Positions 39,647 to 53,099 of a stretch of DNA of 64,000 bases are shown here, piece after piece (within the stretch, counting starts at the first letter, position 1; each line of letters opens with the position of its first letter). A program made the position numbers and the translations under genes. The DNA lies in contig NC_057718.1 in NCBI RefSeq assembly GCF_004010195.1, forward strand, positions 83,496,503 through 83,560,502, in the 5' to 3' direction. The DNA comes from Chiloscyllium plagiosum. Lineage: Eukaryota. The notes beneath the pieces were generated by a model. The model did no database searches, was not told where the DNA came from, and saw nothing but the letters and a program-made list of their open reading frames with translations.

Positions 39647-42600
39647 ATGGTTGATCAGTCGGTTAAGTGGTGCACCTGGAATGTCAAGGGGAGTAATTCA
39701 CCAGTCAAAAGGAAGAAAATATTATCAAACCTCAAGAAAGAAAGGGTTGATATAGCTCTCCTACCAGAGACACACTTATTGGATAAAGAACACTTGAAAT
39801 TACGACAGGGTGGATTTGATCAGGCCTTTTTTTCTTCTTTTAGCTCAAAAGGCAGGCGAGTTGTTATTCTTATTCCTAAGAATTTCCCTTTCAAAATCCT
39901 AAATCAGATAAAAGACGAATCTGGATGATATATTCTGATTAAAGCCCTTATAAATGGAGAGGAATATGGGATTTTAAATTTGTACCCTCCCCCCCCCCTT
40001 CTATCAAGAATTTAAAACGTTTTTAGAAATCAATTTAGGTACAGCTAGCAACCCATCAATGATGTGGGAGACCATCAAAGCTTACGCGCGAGGTTTGATC
40101 ATCTCATACTCAGCAACCCAGAAAAAATTAAAGGGATAACAACTGGGTCTGCTTGAAGCCCGCTTAAAAGCAGCTGAAACAGCATACGCTGACAGACCTA
40201 TTATCAAATTGCAAAGGATTATGGCCCTTAGGACAGCTCTAAACACCACGCTTACCCAAACGGCTAAGAGGGAAATATTATTTGCAAAACAAAGGTTATA
40301 TGAATTTGGCGATAAACCTGGTAGATACTTAGCATTTCTTGAAAAGAAAAAGAAGGCCCCTCAAACTATCACATCTATCAAGGAAAGTATGGGTATTTTG
40401 ACTCATGATCATAAAAGGATTAACGCAATCTTTAGAAAATTTTATTCTTATTTATATAAATCGCAGGATTGTGAAGACAGGATGAGGAAGATGCAATCAT
40501 TTTTTTAAAAACTTGACCTTTCTGGACCTAACGCCGGAACAGGTATCGGTCTTGAATGTTCCCCTAACAATCCAAGAAATACTTGACGCAATCAGGCAAC
40601 TTTAGAGTGGTAAGACACCTGGCCCAGATGGCTTTCAAGCTGAATTCAAAAAAGAATTTACAGGAATATTGGCTGGTCCACTTATGGACATGTATAACTA
40701 CTCATACAGTCAGGATTGTCTCCCGCCTTCGCTGAAAGAGGCAAATACCTCTCTCATCCTTAAAAAAGGAAAGGACCCAGAAGATTGCGTGTCATACAGA
40801 CCAATATCCTTGCTAAATGTAGATTTTAAAATCCTCTCTAAAACGTTAGCATTGAGGCTAGAAAGGGTATCGCCACATATCTTAAAGGAGGATCAGACGG
40901 GGTTTATTAAGGGCCGTAGATCATCCAATAATGTTAGAAGGGTTATGAATGTGATTCAAGCCTGCCATCAGGGAAAGATACCAGGAGTAGTAATCTCATT
41001 AGACGCGGAAAAGGCATTCGACTGGGTTGAATGATCATATTTGTTTTACACGTTGGAAAGGTGTCTACCAAATGGGTCTCAACATTGTATAGTGACCCCA
41101 AAGCAGTTGTGATTACCAATGGATTAGACTCGGATACCTTCAGTGTGGATAGGGGCTGCCGTCAGGGATGTCCTCTCTCGCCATTGCTATTTACACTAAC
41201 AATTGAGCCACTAGCAGAAGCTATACGGGCTGACCCTAATATAACGGCCCCAAGGATTGGTACAGGTAAACATAAAATTACCCTTTATGCAGATGATGTT
41301 CTTCTATTTCTCAGTAATCCTTTGATGTCCATGCCTTGCTTAATCCAAGTTATTAATACATTTAGTGCATTTTCAGACTACAAAATTAATTTCTCAAGAT
41401 CGGAGGCTATGCCAATGGGTGGCCTTGCTAGTATATCCCACTTACTGATCGAATCCACTTTCCCTTTCGGTGGTCCCTGGAGGGTTTTTTATATTTAGGC
41501 ATTTTTATTACCCCAGTATTTGGTCAGTTATACAAGGCTAACTTTGTGCATTTACTGGAAAGGATAAGGCAGGACCTCCAGCGATGGGGAGACCTTCCAA
41601 TTTCCTGACTGGGTAGAATAGCACTAATTAAAATGAATGTCCTGCCCCGTCTCCTATATCCTATGAGAACGCTTCCGGTGATACTGCTGAGGCTGGCTCT
41701 ACGTAAATTAAATGGCTGGTTGGGTTTCTTTATCTGGAATCATAGATGGCCCCTCATTAAGCTGAAGAAGCTACAGCTTCCACAGGCAAGGGGAGGATTG
41801 GATTTCCAAGATTTTAGGAAATATCAGTTAAGTTCCCTATTAGGTTACATAGCTGATTGGGTCTTGTCTGATCCACAATCAATCTGGCTGGTCATCGAGG
41901 CTTCTCAAGTAAAATGCCCACTTATTAACCTTTTATTTTCAGACAAGAGGAAAATCATTATGGATCACTTTAAAAACCCTATAATACTAAACACAATTAA
42001 AGCTTGGAATATAATGCAGCAAAATGAGGGCAACTCACATAAAACATCCCCCTATGCTCCGATAGTGGGAGCATGGGGAGTTCAACCGGGGTTTACAGAT
42101 GCCACTTTCAAACTCTGGAGATCCAGGGGTATCTCTTGTTTAGGGGATCTATTTAAAGAAGGGGTCCTGATGTCTTTTGAACAGCTGCGTCAGAAATTCG
42201 GATTACCTAATGGAGACCTCTTTCGATACTTCCAAATTCGAGATTACATACAGAAGAAGACTATGTTATTAGACAGTCTTTATATATCAGATAGAGAATG
42301 TAGAGTGCTATGGCCAATGGGGGTATCTTCCGTCAGTACTATTTACCATTTACTACATGATGAAGTATCGGGAGATATGGACAATCTGCTTAAAACATGG
42401 GATCAGGATTTGGAACTAGAAATCTCTATAGAAACATAGAATGACATTTGGGAAAACGCCAGAAGAATCACCATCTGCAACAGAACTCAGGCTATTCAGC
42501 TGAAGATACTTCATAGGGCCCATATAGCACCGGATCGATTGGCAAAATTTAAGGCAGGAGCATCTTCAATGTGTCCCAAATGTAAAATAGAGGTGGGCAC

Positions 42601-42987
42601 TCTTGTACATTGCCTATGGACCTGTCATAAGATCCGTAGATACTGGACTAAAGTAGCAAGACCCTGACAGAAATCTTCGGAACGGAAATTAGAGTGGACC
42701 CTGTATCTCTCCTTTTGGGCTTTTCAAACTTACCCTCCCTGGATATGCATGGAAGAGATTATTTTCTATTCTCTCTTTCTGTGCAAGGAAAAATATTTTG
42801 GTAAACTGGGTGGCTGAGGGCCCCCCTGGACTTTCAGATTGGCACAAATTAATTATGGAATGTATTCCCCTTGACTTCCTTACAAATATGGTGCACCAAA
42901 AGACCGAATTATTCCATAAAATATGGCAGCCCTTCTTGAATTATATAAATAGTTATTTCGGCCATCCTAACAAGGGCTTTTATTTAA
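39647..42987 (+). pseudogene. L1 ORF2p (APE endonuclease-RT-CCHC), disrupted
   Basis: TWNVKG, ETHL, YRPISLLNVDFKIL, LDAEKAFD, GCRQGCPLSPLLF, LYADD, CPKC..GTLVHCLWTC. Confidence 0.93.
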
Positions 42988-43835
42988 TTGAGACAGCAAA
43001 CCTGGCTGGTCCGGGGCCCCTTGGGAAGGAATCCCGCACGAATATGGGTTTTGTTACATTTGATGTTAATACATTCCAAGCATGCATCTCACTACCCAAT
43101 TTCTGTGTTATCTGTCGTTTTTTTGCTCTTATTTGAATAATGTAAGAGACTTAATTATACACTCTGGTCAGTTGTAGGTAAGATTAGTAGTTTGTCGAGT
43201 TTTGTTTTTTTTCTTGGTATTTTTCTTTTGTTAAATTTTGGTTATTATTTATTTAAGATTTAATTGTATATCAATATTTATACTTGGATTTTTTTTATTT
43301 TGTAAACTTGTAAAAATGTTAAATTTTCAATAAAAATATCTATTAAAAAAACGTATTGAAAATATACTAAATAAAGTCCTATCAGTCACAACTCCTCTGT
43401 ACCAGCTCCAACTCTTCAAAAACACATTTCAATCTAATCCAACAAGCTACTGTTTTTCTCATTATCCTGCTAATTAGCTCTGAAGAACACATCCAATTCC
43501 CTTTTTTAATGTATCTACAAAATGAGACTCCAGGTACTGTATCCTTTCAGCTACTGTCCTCCAAGTCTTGTAATTCTCAAATAACCTTTAGTTTTCTACC
43601 AATTTTAAATCTCTGTTGTTTGATTAACAACTCTTCAGGTGGAGATCTGTTAAACCTCTCGAGTCCATCAGGAAGTAGTCAGCACATAATGTCCTCAAGA
43701 CCCAGTAGGAAAAGGAGAGTGTGGATCTTGTCCCTGAGCAGATCAAGTCAAATGAAGTATCCTTACGCTATCATGCCATCTTTGTTTTGAGACCAGAGCC
43801 ACAACATTTCTACATCAAATGATTAAAAATTGGTC

Positions 43836-44863
43836 TGATGTAAACTGTGAGATTTATATCTATAAAATTTAATATTTGTTGCGAGTATGGGTTTCAGGTC
43901 TTGGAATTAGTAACTGGTAGGTTTTCTGCTTGTCTTCTGCCTACTACCTTGTAAGCATTTCTGTAGCCATTATGATTTTTAAAAAGTTTCTGAGGACTAG
44001 TTTTAGAATGAATGGATTTTGTGCACCATTTATTGTATAATGTTCTGCCACACAGCATGATAAGCTAGAATACAATAGCTGTTTAGAAAAGTGCTATCAA
44101 GAAAGGTAGGGTTTGCAGTGAACTAAATTACTTTAGAGTCAAGAGGTAGTGTTAGTCCCAGACCTGATGAGCAGGATGTACCTGAAGGAGATTAAACCTG
44201 AGTCAATTTGAGTGGTGTGTGACAGCTTCTTCCAGGACTATCTGCAATCCAGTCTAAAAGTCTCAAATGACCTAAACCTCAAGGTGTTAAGTTACTGGGA
44301 CATTGGTATGAGTATTAGCATGGGTGGTATTTTGGGTACTGTGTTTTAGGTACCTTACCAATGAAGTTTTAATTCTTTTTAATTTATTAAAGGAGCATTT
44401 TGGAATCATACTTTCAGTGCGTTTAAAAAATGTTATCAATAGGTGGTTTGCTATATACTATCTTATAACAGAAAAGCAAAACATGCTTGTAGAAACTCAG
44501 CATCTGTAGATAGAAAGAGAGCTAGTGTTTTGAATCTGATGAAGAGTCACTGGACACAAAACATTAACTCAATGTTTCTCACCACAGATGCTGGCAGAGC
44601 CAAGTTTCTCCAGTACTTTGTTTTTGTTTGTTTCAGATCTCCAACATTCATTGTTCTTTGAGTTATTTGATTCTATCTTATCTTTATTTATTTTGCAATA
44701 AACTTTTGTTTCATCATCAAAGCAAAACATGCAGCATTGTGTGCTATGCTTCAGTGAGAAAATATTTTGTTAAAACCAAATCATGCAAGAATATGATCCA
44801 TCAGACCAGATTCATGTCAGGGATCTTACTTGTCTAGTAATAACATCAGATAGGATAATAACA
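43836..44863 (+). mobile_element. Solo LTR (~1 kb) with 6-bp TSD, containing a family B PLE repeat (~44470-44660)
   Basis: ttggtc|TGATG…TAACA|ttggtc; AATAAA at 44697. Confidence 0.7.
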
Positions 44864-45489
44864 TTGGTCAATCATGCAAAGAACTGGCGTATTTCTGGTG
44901 GTAGACACAAATATCAGCAAATAACTGCAGAAGATAAGCACATTAGTTACGAGCTATCCATCCTACAGTTCAAGTTATTAGTGAGTCACCTCTTCCTAAA
45001 CAATTACCCAGAGTCTTTTAAATTTAGTATGAAATTTTGAACTCAATATGATGCACTCAAACTAACCTCAAGGGTGGACAAATTCATACTTATCTACTGG
45101 AATTTTAAGAAAATGGCAACCAATCCAACTATAGATTAAACAGGCATTGAGGGAAAAAAAATTATTATACAACATTAAGCTGGAACATAAACAACTGTAA
45201 TGGATAGTGGTGGAAGAAATAATAATTATCTAAAACTTTCTCAAGCAGCACAGAAGCTTATAGAGTTAGTTGCATCTTCTCTATAGTACAATATACTAAA
45301 TAGTGTCTGGAGAACTGCTATATTATACTATTTAAGCAAGAGAAAATGGATGATGTGCTCAACAGGTTAATGATGTCAAGGACCATAAATTTACAGAAAT
45401 TTTACAAGAGATCTTAAAATAGAATATCTTGTTACAATAAATTTTTTTTAAAACTTTGCTCGCAATAGGCACAAGCCTACATATTTGAA

Positions 45490-45672
45490 GGTGGCACGGT
45501 GGCTAATTGGTTAGCACTGCTGCCTCACGGCCCTGGGGAACCGAGTTTGATTCCAGCCTCAAGAGACTGTCTATGTGGAGTTTACACGTTCTCCCCATGT
45601 CTGCGTGGGTTTCCTCCAAGTGCTCTGGTTTCCTCCCACAGTCCACAAGTTAGGTGAATTAGCCATGCTAAT
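45490..45672 (+). mobile_element. HE1-type SINE, 3'-truncated
   Basis: ggtggcacggtggctaattggttagcactgctgcctcac…V domain. Confidence 0.88.
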
Positions 45673-46272
45673 GTGATGTTCTCTAATGCCTTAATCAACA
45701 TTCTTTAAACTGAGCACTGCAATCGATAACTTAGCATACAGATTACAAACACTCCATACAAAAAGCAATCCCTTTAAAATATGATATGCAATGCTGCATC
45801 TGCAATCTCGAAGAGACCATTCAGTGCAAAAGGGCTGCTCATAACAAAAGGGAAATTAGATGGAATATAATTTTAAATTGACAATAAAATGTCTCAGCTT
45901 CCTTGATCTGTGATAAATTATTAGGAACATAGCAAATATAACACTACAGTGGGTCTTAGCAATCTACAAAATTACCTTGGAAGTTGCCACAATTTATTCT
46001 GCAAGTAACACCTCCTCCAGCCGTAATATGGTGGGATGAATGCCCAGAGTTAGAGGCCTTATTAGCAGAAGGTGGCAGTGCACATGTACCGTAAACTAAA
46101 TTGGGTCTTCGGAAGACAAATTTCACCAGCCAGTAAGAATGTGCATTTATGTAAATGATTCACTTTGTTCCCATTCAGGAATACTCACTGTGTAGGTGCA
46201 GAGCAAACATCAAGACCTTTTAAAGAGATTTGGAGAGAAATTAAAGGCAAATCCTGATAGTCAGTACATTTC

Positions 46273-46616
46273 ATCACAGAATCCCTATAGTGTGGAAACA
46301 GGCCCTTCAGCCCAACAAGTCCTCAATGATCCTCTGAAGAGTTACCCACCCAGACCCATTCCCCTAGCCTACATTTACTGCTGACTAATGCACCTAACCT
46401 ACACATCCCTGAACACTATGGGCAATTTAGCATGGCCAATTCACCTAACCTGCACATTTATGGACTGTGGGAGGAAACCAGAGCACTTGGAGGAAACCCA
46501 TGCAGACATGGGGAGAACGTGCAAACTCCACATAGACAGTCACCTGAGGCTGGAATCAAACCCGGTTCCCCAGGGCCATGAGGCAGCAGTGCTAACCAAT
46601 TAGCCACCGTGCCACC
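46273..46616 (-). mobile_element. HE1-type SINE, full length
   Basis: Reverse complement has A/B boxes, V domain and CR1-like tail. Confidence 0.92.
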
Positions 46617-47476
46617 TTCAAATATGTAGGCTTGTGTAGTCTTCAAGTATGTAGGTTTAATGTGGCATGAAAAGTTGCAGCTTGGTGATTTAAAAAAAGA
46701 AAAACTGTTCAAGCTATTTGCAATAGACTAAAAATCAAAGCAGGTTTTGTCAAATATTTATTCACATAGGGAGAAGAGCAGAGACTGCATGTGTGTGGCC
46801 AGTGCAAAAAAGCACTGCCCTGAAAGAGATTCCATGGGGTGCAAAATAATTGAACATATGCCAAATCAGTCAAAGGCAGGTGGTCACTGAAGAGCCCTTT
46901 AGGTCCAAAGGGTTTTGGAGAACGGAATGTGTTTCTATTTCTCCACCCCCATCTATTGATCCATCCTACAGTACGTTTAAGACAACCAGGTGAGGACAAA
47001 ATTTAAATCTATTGCTGGTGACTTCCCCGGGCTGTGCAACTTACTGTGCAGAATTTTAACTAACAGTGAAGCACTGCGACCATCTGTATAAGCATATCCC
47101 AGAAATCACTGCATTTTGAGCTATTAACTGGTCCAAAGACACAAAAAAACATTCACAGTGTTTGTAAAACTTTTGGGACTAAATGACAAATGTAAAATTC
47201 TGGGATTCCAATACTGGAAGACTGAGCTACTGACTCAGCTATTTTCTGGCAAAATTACTGAAGCAGGTTCAAGAGCCTGAATAACCAACTCCTATTCATT
47301 TTGCCCTTTACTATCCTCTAAAATAGAACTCATTCGAGTTGCACTGACTTTGCCACTTAATGATTTGAGTCCTGGCTTTAGAAGCAGAACCAGAGAACCA
47401 TCAAGAACTGGAAGTTTGAACAAATTGGTCAATGTCATTTCTGATTCAGTAGGTTCACCAAAAAGCAAAGGACATA

Positions 47477-48365
47477 CAGAATAGAACAGTACAGTATACA
47501 GGCCCCTAGGTCTGTGCCGACTATGCTGCCATTCTAAACTAATCCCATCAAACTGCACATGGTCAGCCTCTTTAATTCCCAGTCTGCTCATGTCTCTGAG
47601 TGCCTCTTAAACATTGCTATCATTTCTGCCTCTACCGCCTTCCTTAACATACATTCCAAGTACCCCACCTCCCTGTGTGTAAAAACAAACCCTGCCTCAC
47701 AAATCTCCTTTTAACTTTTCCCTTCTCACCTTAAATCCACACCCCACAGTATTTGACATTTCCACCCAACCCATGTCTCTCATAGTTGTATATTCTTCTA
47801 TCAACTTGACCCCTTAGCCTCCGACACTCTCGCAAAAACAAACCAAGTTTGTCCAACCTCTCCTTATAGCTAATACACTCCAATCCAGGTAACTTCCTGG
47901 AAGACCAGCCTTGCACCCTCTCCAAAGCCTCCACATCCACATTATAGTGCGGCGCACAGTTAATCAAATGTGGCAGTCTTATGGAGTTGTAACATAACTT
48001 GCCAAACTTTAGACTCAATGCCTCATCCAACCAATGAAGGCTGTATGTCTTCTTTATCACCATATCCATTTGTGTTGTCACTTTCAGAGATCTTTGGGCT
48101 TAGATCTCAAGGTTGCTCTGTATATCAAAGCTCCTAAGGGTCTGGCTATTTACCATATACTTTCCTCTTGCATCCGAACTCCCAAAATGCATCACTCTCT
48201 GGACTAAATTAATCCCAACCCACCTGCCATTTTTCTGGCCACTTTCCAACTGGTCTATATCCTGTTGCATCCTTTGATATTCTTCCTCACTATCCACAAA
48301 TCCCATCAATTTTCGTATCATCTGAAAACTTATTAGACCACTAACATTTCATCCAAGTCATTTAT
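47477..48365 (-). mobile_element. CR1 3' portion
   Basis: DVEALERVQ, SYKERLDKLGLF, VMHFG. Confidence 0.8.
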
Positions 48366-49380
48366 CCAACTCACCCAAATACCACTCCAACAACTAATGA
48401 AGGATTAGGATGGCCAAATGTACCAGGACCCCAGTATTCTAATTATAACTAACGTACTGAGAGCAAGTAAACAGAAAATTTATTTCTCTGAACTGTCTGA
48501 TGTGAAGAGTCAGGTTAGTTTCTCATTTATTTGAAACGTGCAAACTGTTTTGTCAGCTTACTGTTCTTTTATAAGAACTAAAAATCTCTCCTTTCCTTAC
48601 TTTTGCTTGGTGGTTTTCTCATCCTCCTTTCCTGAAGGAAGTGATTCATTGTCTGATACACATCCAACAATAGCAGTCTCCCTCCACTAACTCGTTCAAC
48701 TTTTCAATGTTGAAATTTCAATGATTGTCATACTTCAACTCAGTTTCTTCTACAGCAATTTTAAAAGAGTTGTTAAATCAGAATTAAAAATCAAAGTTAA
48801 ACATGATGTTTCATTTGGATTTTACAAGCTCACATTGTGCATAGTTTCCATTGCTATTTTGAAGAGTTTGGCTCCCCCTTTCCGGTGTACAGTTTAACTA
48901 GCCTTGATTAAATTATCAATCCCTGGTGTACTTTATACAGAGACAAACCACAAATGTTACACTTTCAGATTAGCACCAAGAATACTAAACACTCCTATAA
49001 TGCATAAATTCAGACTGATTTCAAGGATGGCAGCTTAATTTCCACCATTGTAAAAAGACTGAATGGGTTTATGTAAATGCATCCTGTAGTGTGATACAAA
49101 AGCGTCATATGTCAGAGGGCCAAACCTGACAGTCATGTCAACATTCTCTCCCAGACAAAGCAGAACTGCTGGTCACACTTATATTGACCTCAAATGTTCT
49201 TAGACAATGGTTAGAGAAAAATTAACCAGGTTTATCAATCCTTAGCAACTACCAAAATTACTCAGTTTAATAAATAAGAGGACTTTTTAAAAGTGATACC
49301 AGATCCACTTAAATGTTCCATTTCTAGAATAATACCACAGGAAGTATTCCAATGGTATTATTCTAGATATGGAACATTTC

Positions 49381-50310
49381 TAGTCATAGAGATGTACAGC
49401 ACGGAAACAGATGTTTCAGTTCAACTCATCCATGCCAACTAGATATCCTAAATTAATCCAGTCCCATTTGCCAGCATTTGGCCCACATCCCTCCAAACCT
49501 TTCCTAATCATGTACACCCATCCAAATGCCTTTCAAATGTTCTAATTATACTAACCACCACTACTTGCTCTGGCAGTTCATTCCATAGAAAAAGCACCCT
49601 CTGCAGAGAAAAATTGCCTCTTGGGTCCCTTTTAAATCCTTCCCCTTTCACCTTAAACCCATGACCTCCAACCCCAGGGAAACAACCTTGACTATTTATC
49701 CATGCCCCTCAGGATTTTATAAACTTCTATAAAGGTCACCTCTCAGACTCCAATGCTCCAAGGAAAATAGTGCCAGCCTGTTCAGCCTTGCCCTATTACT
49801 CAGACCCTCCAGCCCTGGCAACATCCTTGTAAATCTTTTCTGAACCTTTTCAAGTTTTGCAACATCCTTCCTATAACAGGGAGACAGAATTCAATGTAAT
49901 ACTCCAGAAGTGGCCTAACCAATGTCCTATACAGTTACAACATGACTTCTCAACTCTTCTACTCAATTAATTGACCAATAAAGGCAAGCATGCTAAACAC
50001 CTTCTTCACTCTCTTGTTTACCTGCAATTCCACTTTCAAGGAACTATGAATCTGCACCTCAAGGTACCTTTGTTCAGCAACATTCCACAGGACCCTACCA
50101 TTAAGTGTATAAATCTTGCCCTACCAAAGTGCAGCATCTCACATTTAACCAGATTAAACTCTATCTATTACTCCTCAGCCCACCAGCCCATTTGATCACG
50201 GTCTCATTATACTTTGCTATCCACTACACCACCTATTTTGGTGTCATCTGCAAATTTACTAACCACACCTCCTACATTCACATCCAAATCATTTACATAA
50301 ATGACAAAAA
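49381..50310 (-). mobile_element. CR1 (HER1-like) 3' portion
   Basis: Parallels 13972-15391; FADD region at ~50240. Confidence 0.85.
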
Positions 50311-50529
50311 ACTAAGTGAAGAATTTTGTGAATGTGTCTACTCTTCACTTTGACAGGCTGAACTCCAGTAGTTTCTCATCAAGACAGTCACTCTAACTAA
50401 TTCATTATTTTTGCAGACCCATTTTTCTTTTTTTTCAGTGTGTCTGTTCTACAGTCCAAGATAGTGTTTATTGGGCACAGTAATAGAATATTCAGCTCAA
50501 CCACAGTTTGCATGCTACAAGATTGGTCT

Positions 50530-51230
50530 TATCCAAAACCATGTGAATAGGGCTGCACATCATTTTCTCACCATGCAAACCCATTGCTAAAAGGGCTCAA
50601 GCCATTCTGCAGAACAATGGCTATCTTGATCAGATCATTTCTCAGTGTACTTTGTGCAAACTTGAGAAATCCCAAGACATTCATTCATTCTTGGGCCTGT
50701 GAAGTGCCTAATCCACCTCATATTTCAAGGGTAAGATAACATATCTCAAAACTTCAACAAACAGGTGAAGCCAGCTGTTTCATCGTGCTACTAAGCAGGA
50801 GCAACATGGGAGGCATTTGTCACTAATAGGACATTGTCATTAAGCCAAATAGACATTCTGCCTATAACACAAATGAGTTATATGATATATGATTCTCAGT
50901 TCTGTTTTACAGTAATATTAGATACATAGTCCCAAAGACTGACATATTCTATTAAATTGCATATCCCTTCTGCTTGCAAGAAAGATGCTGACCATACCCA
51001 ACCAGTCCACACTTAAAGAACTCACAGCACTGTCCAATTAGATGTGATTCTGCAACTGGACAAATTTGCTAAACGTGTGAAGAATAACACTGACAAGTAA
51101 TTTAGGTTTGTCAGTAATGCTCACAGTTTAGTTCACATGTTTGTACAGGAATCTATATATTAATACAACATGGTTTTGTTCTGTGCAAACAAAGAATACA
51201 TGCATGCACTGAATTTGATACAACTCAAAA
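50530..51230 (+). mobile_element. Old Penelope-like ORF C-terminal relic
   Basis: Degraded blocks resembling GY.DQII, DILP.TQ.S..IY, QRL..I..HIP, CDSA.GQ; possible pLTR remnant at 51880-52095. Confidence 0.55.
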
Positions 51231-51336
51231 AAAACTATTGAGAGGTCTGTGGTTCATTTCTCAGACCAACGTCCTACCCATTCAGTACAATTTGGAGGTG
51301 CCAGTGTTGGATTGGGATGGACAAAGTTAAAAATCA

Positions 51337-51660
51337 GGTAGGCGAAAGTGAGGACTGCAGATGCTAGAGATCAGTCAAGATTAGAGTGGTGCTGGAAAAG
51401 CACAACAGGTCAGGCAGCATCCGAGGAACAGGAAAATCGACGTTTCAGGCAAAAGCCCTTCATCAGCGAAAAGGCGGGAAGCCTGCAGGGTGGAGAGATA
51501 AATGAGAGGGGGGTGGGGCTGGGGAGAAGGTAGCTAAGAGTACAACAGGTGGATGGAGGTGGGGGTGAAGGTGATTCTGATGAAGGGCTTTTGCCCAAAA
51601 CGTCAATCTTCCTGCTCCTTGGATACTGCCTGATCTGCTGTGCTTTTCCAGCATCACTCT
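51337..51660. mobile_element. Palindromic family A PLE repeat, 14-bp TSD
   Basis: TSD aaagttaaaaatca at 51323-51336 and 51661-51674; hammerheads on both arms. Confidence 0.9.
51435..51468 (-). ncRNA. Minimal hammerhead motif, intact core
   Basis: cg-CTGATGA-a-gggc-tttt-gcct-GAAA-cg-TC-gatt; stem I poorly paired. Confidence 0.65.
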
Positions 51661-53099
51661 AAAGTTAAAAATCATACATCAGGCTATAGTCCAACAGGTT
51701 TTATTTGGAAGCGCTGCTCCTTCATCAGGTGGTTGTGAAGGTTAAGATCACGCTCACAGAATTTATAGCCAAAGGAGTCCAGTGTCATGGTGATGTGATA
51801 TAGCAAACAACCTTAAATAAACACTTTCATCTTTTATAATGGGATATGCTGGTTTCTGTTCTTTGATATGTAAATCCATTCAGAGTCAATTTGCCTGGTT
51901 TGAAATCTAAAAAAAGCCTAGCAGTGAATGGTCAATCATTAACGGATGTACTCCTCATGACAATGCCTCTACCAGAGACATTCTACCAACCAATCAGTAC
52001 TTTCCTTACATTATAAATGTGGGCTTTCTCCTTTACCGCTGAGAATTGCCCTGTTTAGGGCAAGACAAAAATGTATCTTTTTGCAGCAATACTTTCTGGT
52101 TAACCACAAATGGAGAGTCCTCTCTTGGGAATTTTTCTCTCTTGTGGGGGATGGATCTATTTTACGTAATCATACATTTCCCTTTAAATTTATGACTCTG
52201 CAATTCTATTAATCTATCCCTTAACCTAAATTTGCCAGTCTATTTCAGTTAGCTCTGTTTTCATACTCTCATTATTCCCTTTATTTAAGTTTAAAATACT
52301 AGCTTTGGGTCCACCCTTCTGTCCCTTAGACTGAACGTTAAATTCAATTGTGATCACTGCAACCTAGGAATACGTTCACCATGATGTCACTAATTAATTC
52401 TATTTGTTGCACAATTCCAAGTCTAGTACAGCCTGCTCTCTGGTTGACTCCAGAATGTGCTGTTTTGAGAAACTATGGCAAAAATATTTAGGAAAAGCCT
52501 CTGTGATTTCTCCAATCGTAAGTGGTTTAAAATCTTCCATGGTTACGATCTTTCTGACAAGTTGCCACCATTTCTTCTTTTATATTCCATTCAGGAGGCC
52601 TATGTACCACTCCCACAAGTGACTTCTCGCCTTTATTGCTAAACTCTACCCAAATCACATTTATATTATGGTTTCCTGAACTTAGTTAATCAGTTTACTT
52701 TAACTAATAGAGCCCCCCCCTTCACTTTTCCTAGCTTCTGGTCCTTCATAAGTGCCCCATATTTTTCAATATTCATGCTCTAATCGAGATCATTCTGCAG
52801 CCATAGTAATCAGAAAGCTATCAGATTTCATTTACTGATTTCTACTGTAGAAGCACTTATTAATGGCCTTCTGAAAATCCAGATAAATTGCATCCAGTCT
52901 GCCTGTCAATCTAGATGTTCCCTTTCAAAGTCCATGTTGGCTATTCAATAGCATTTTTTAAAAATTTCTAGATATTCTACTACTTTCGCTTTTCATAGTG
53001 AAAAATTCATAATTTTTCCCATTACCATTGCCAAGCTGGCTAACAAAGAAAGAATGTGCAGATTTCGATGGGGGAGAGGGAGGAGAAGACAAAAGAAGC

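Larger units (their letters stand above)
36733..43351 (+). mobile_element. Near full-length L1-clade LINE, inactive
   Basis: 5' ggggggatccaagatgacggcg; ORF1 and ORF2; AATAAA 43329-34 and short polyA; TSD aaacgtattga at 36722-36732 and 43349-43359 at a TT|AAA site. Confidence 0.95.
51295..51875 (-). mobile_element. PLE-derived repeat family D, split by a family A insertion
   Basis: gtgccagtgttggattgggatggacaaagttaaaaatca…tatagtccaacaggtt..gcgctgctccttcatcagg; related plus copy at ~55005-55400 and fragment at 61887-61975. Confidence 0.7.

Noticed and set aside
46886..46925. CTGAAGA followed by hairpin gcccttt/aaagggt as a hammerhead
   Set aside because: No GAAA and no UH site after stem II
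47292..47591. 99-aa minus ORF as a coding exon
   Set aside because: Starts in a CR1 tail, with no recognisable domain or convincing splice sites
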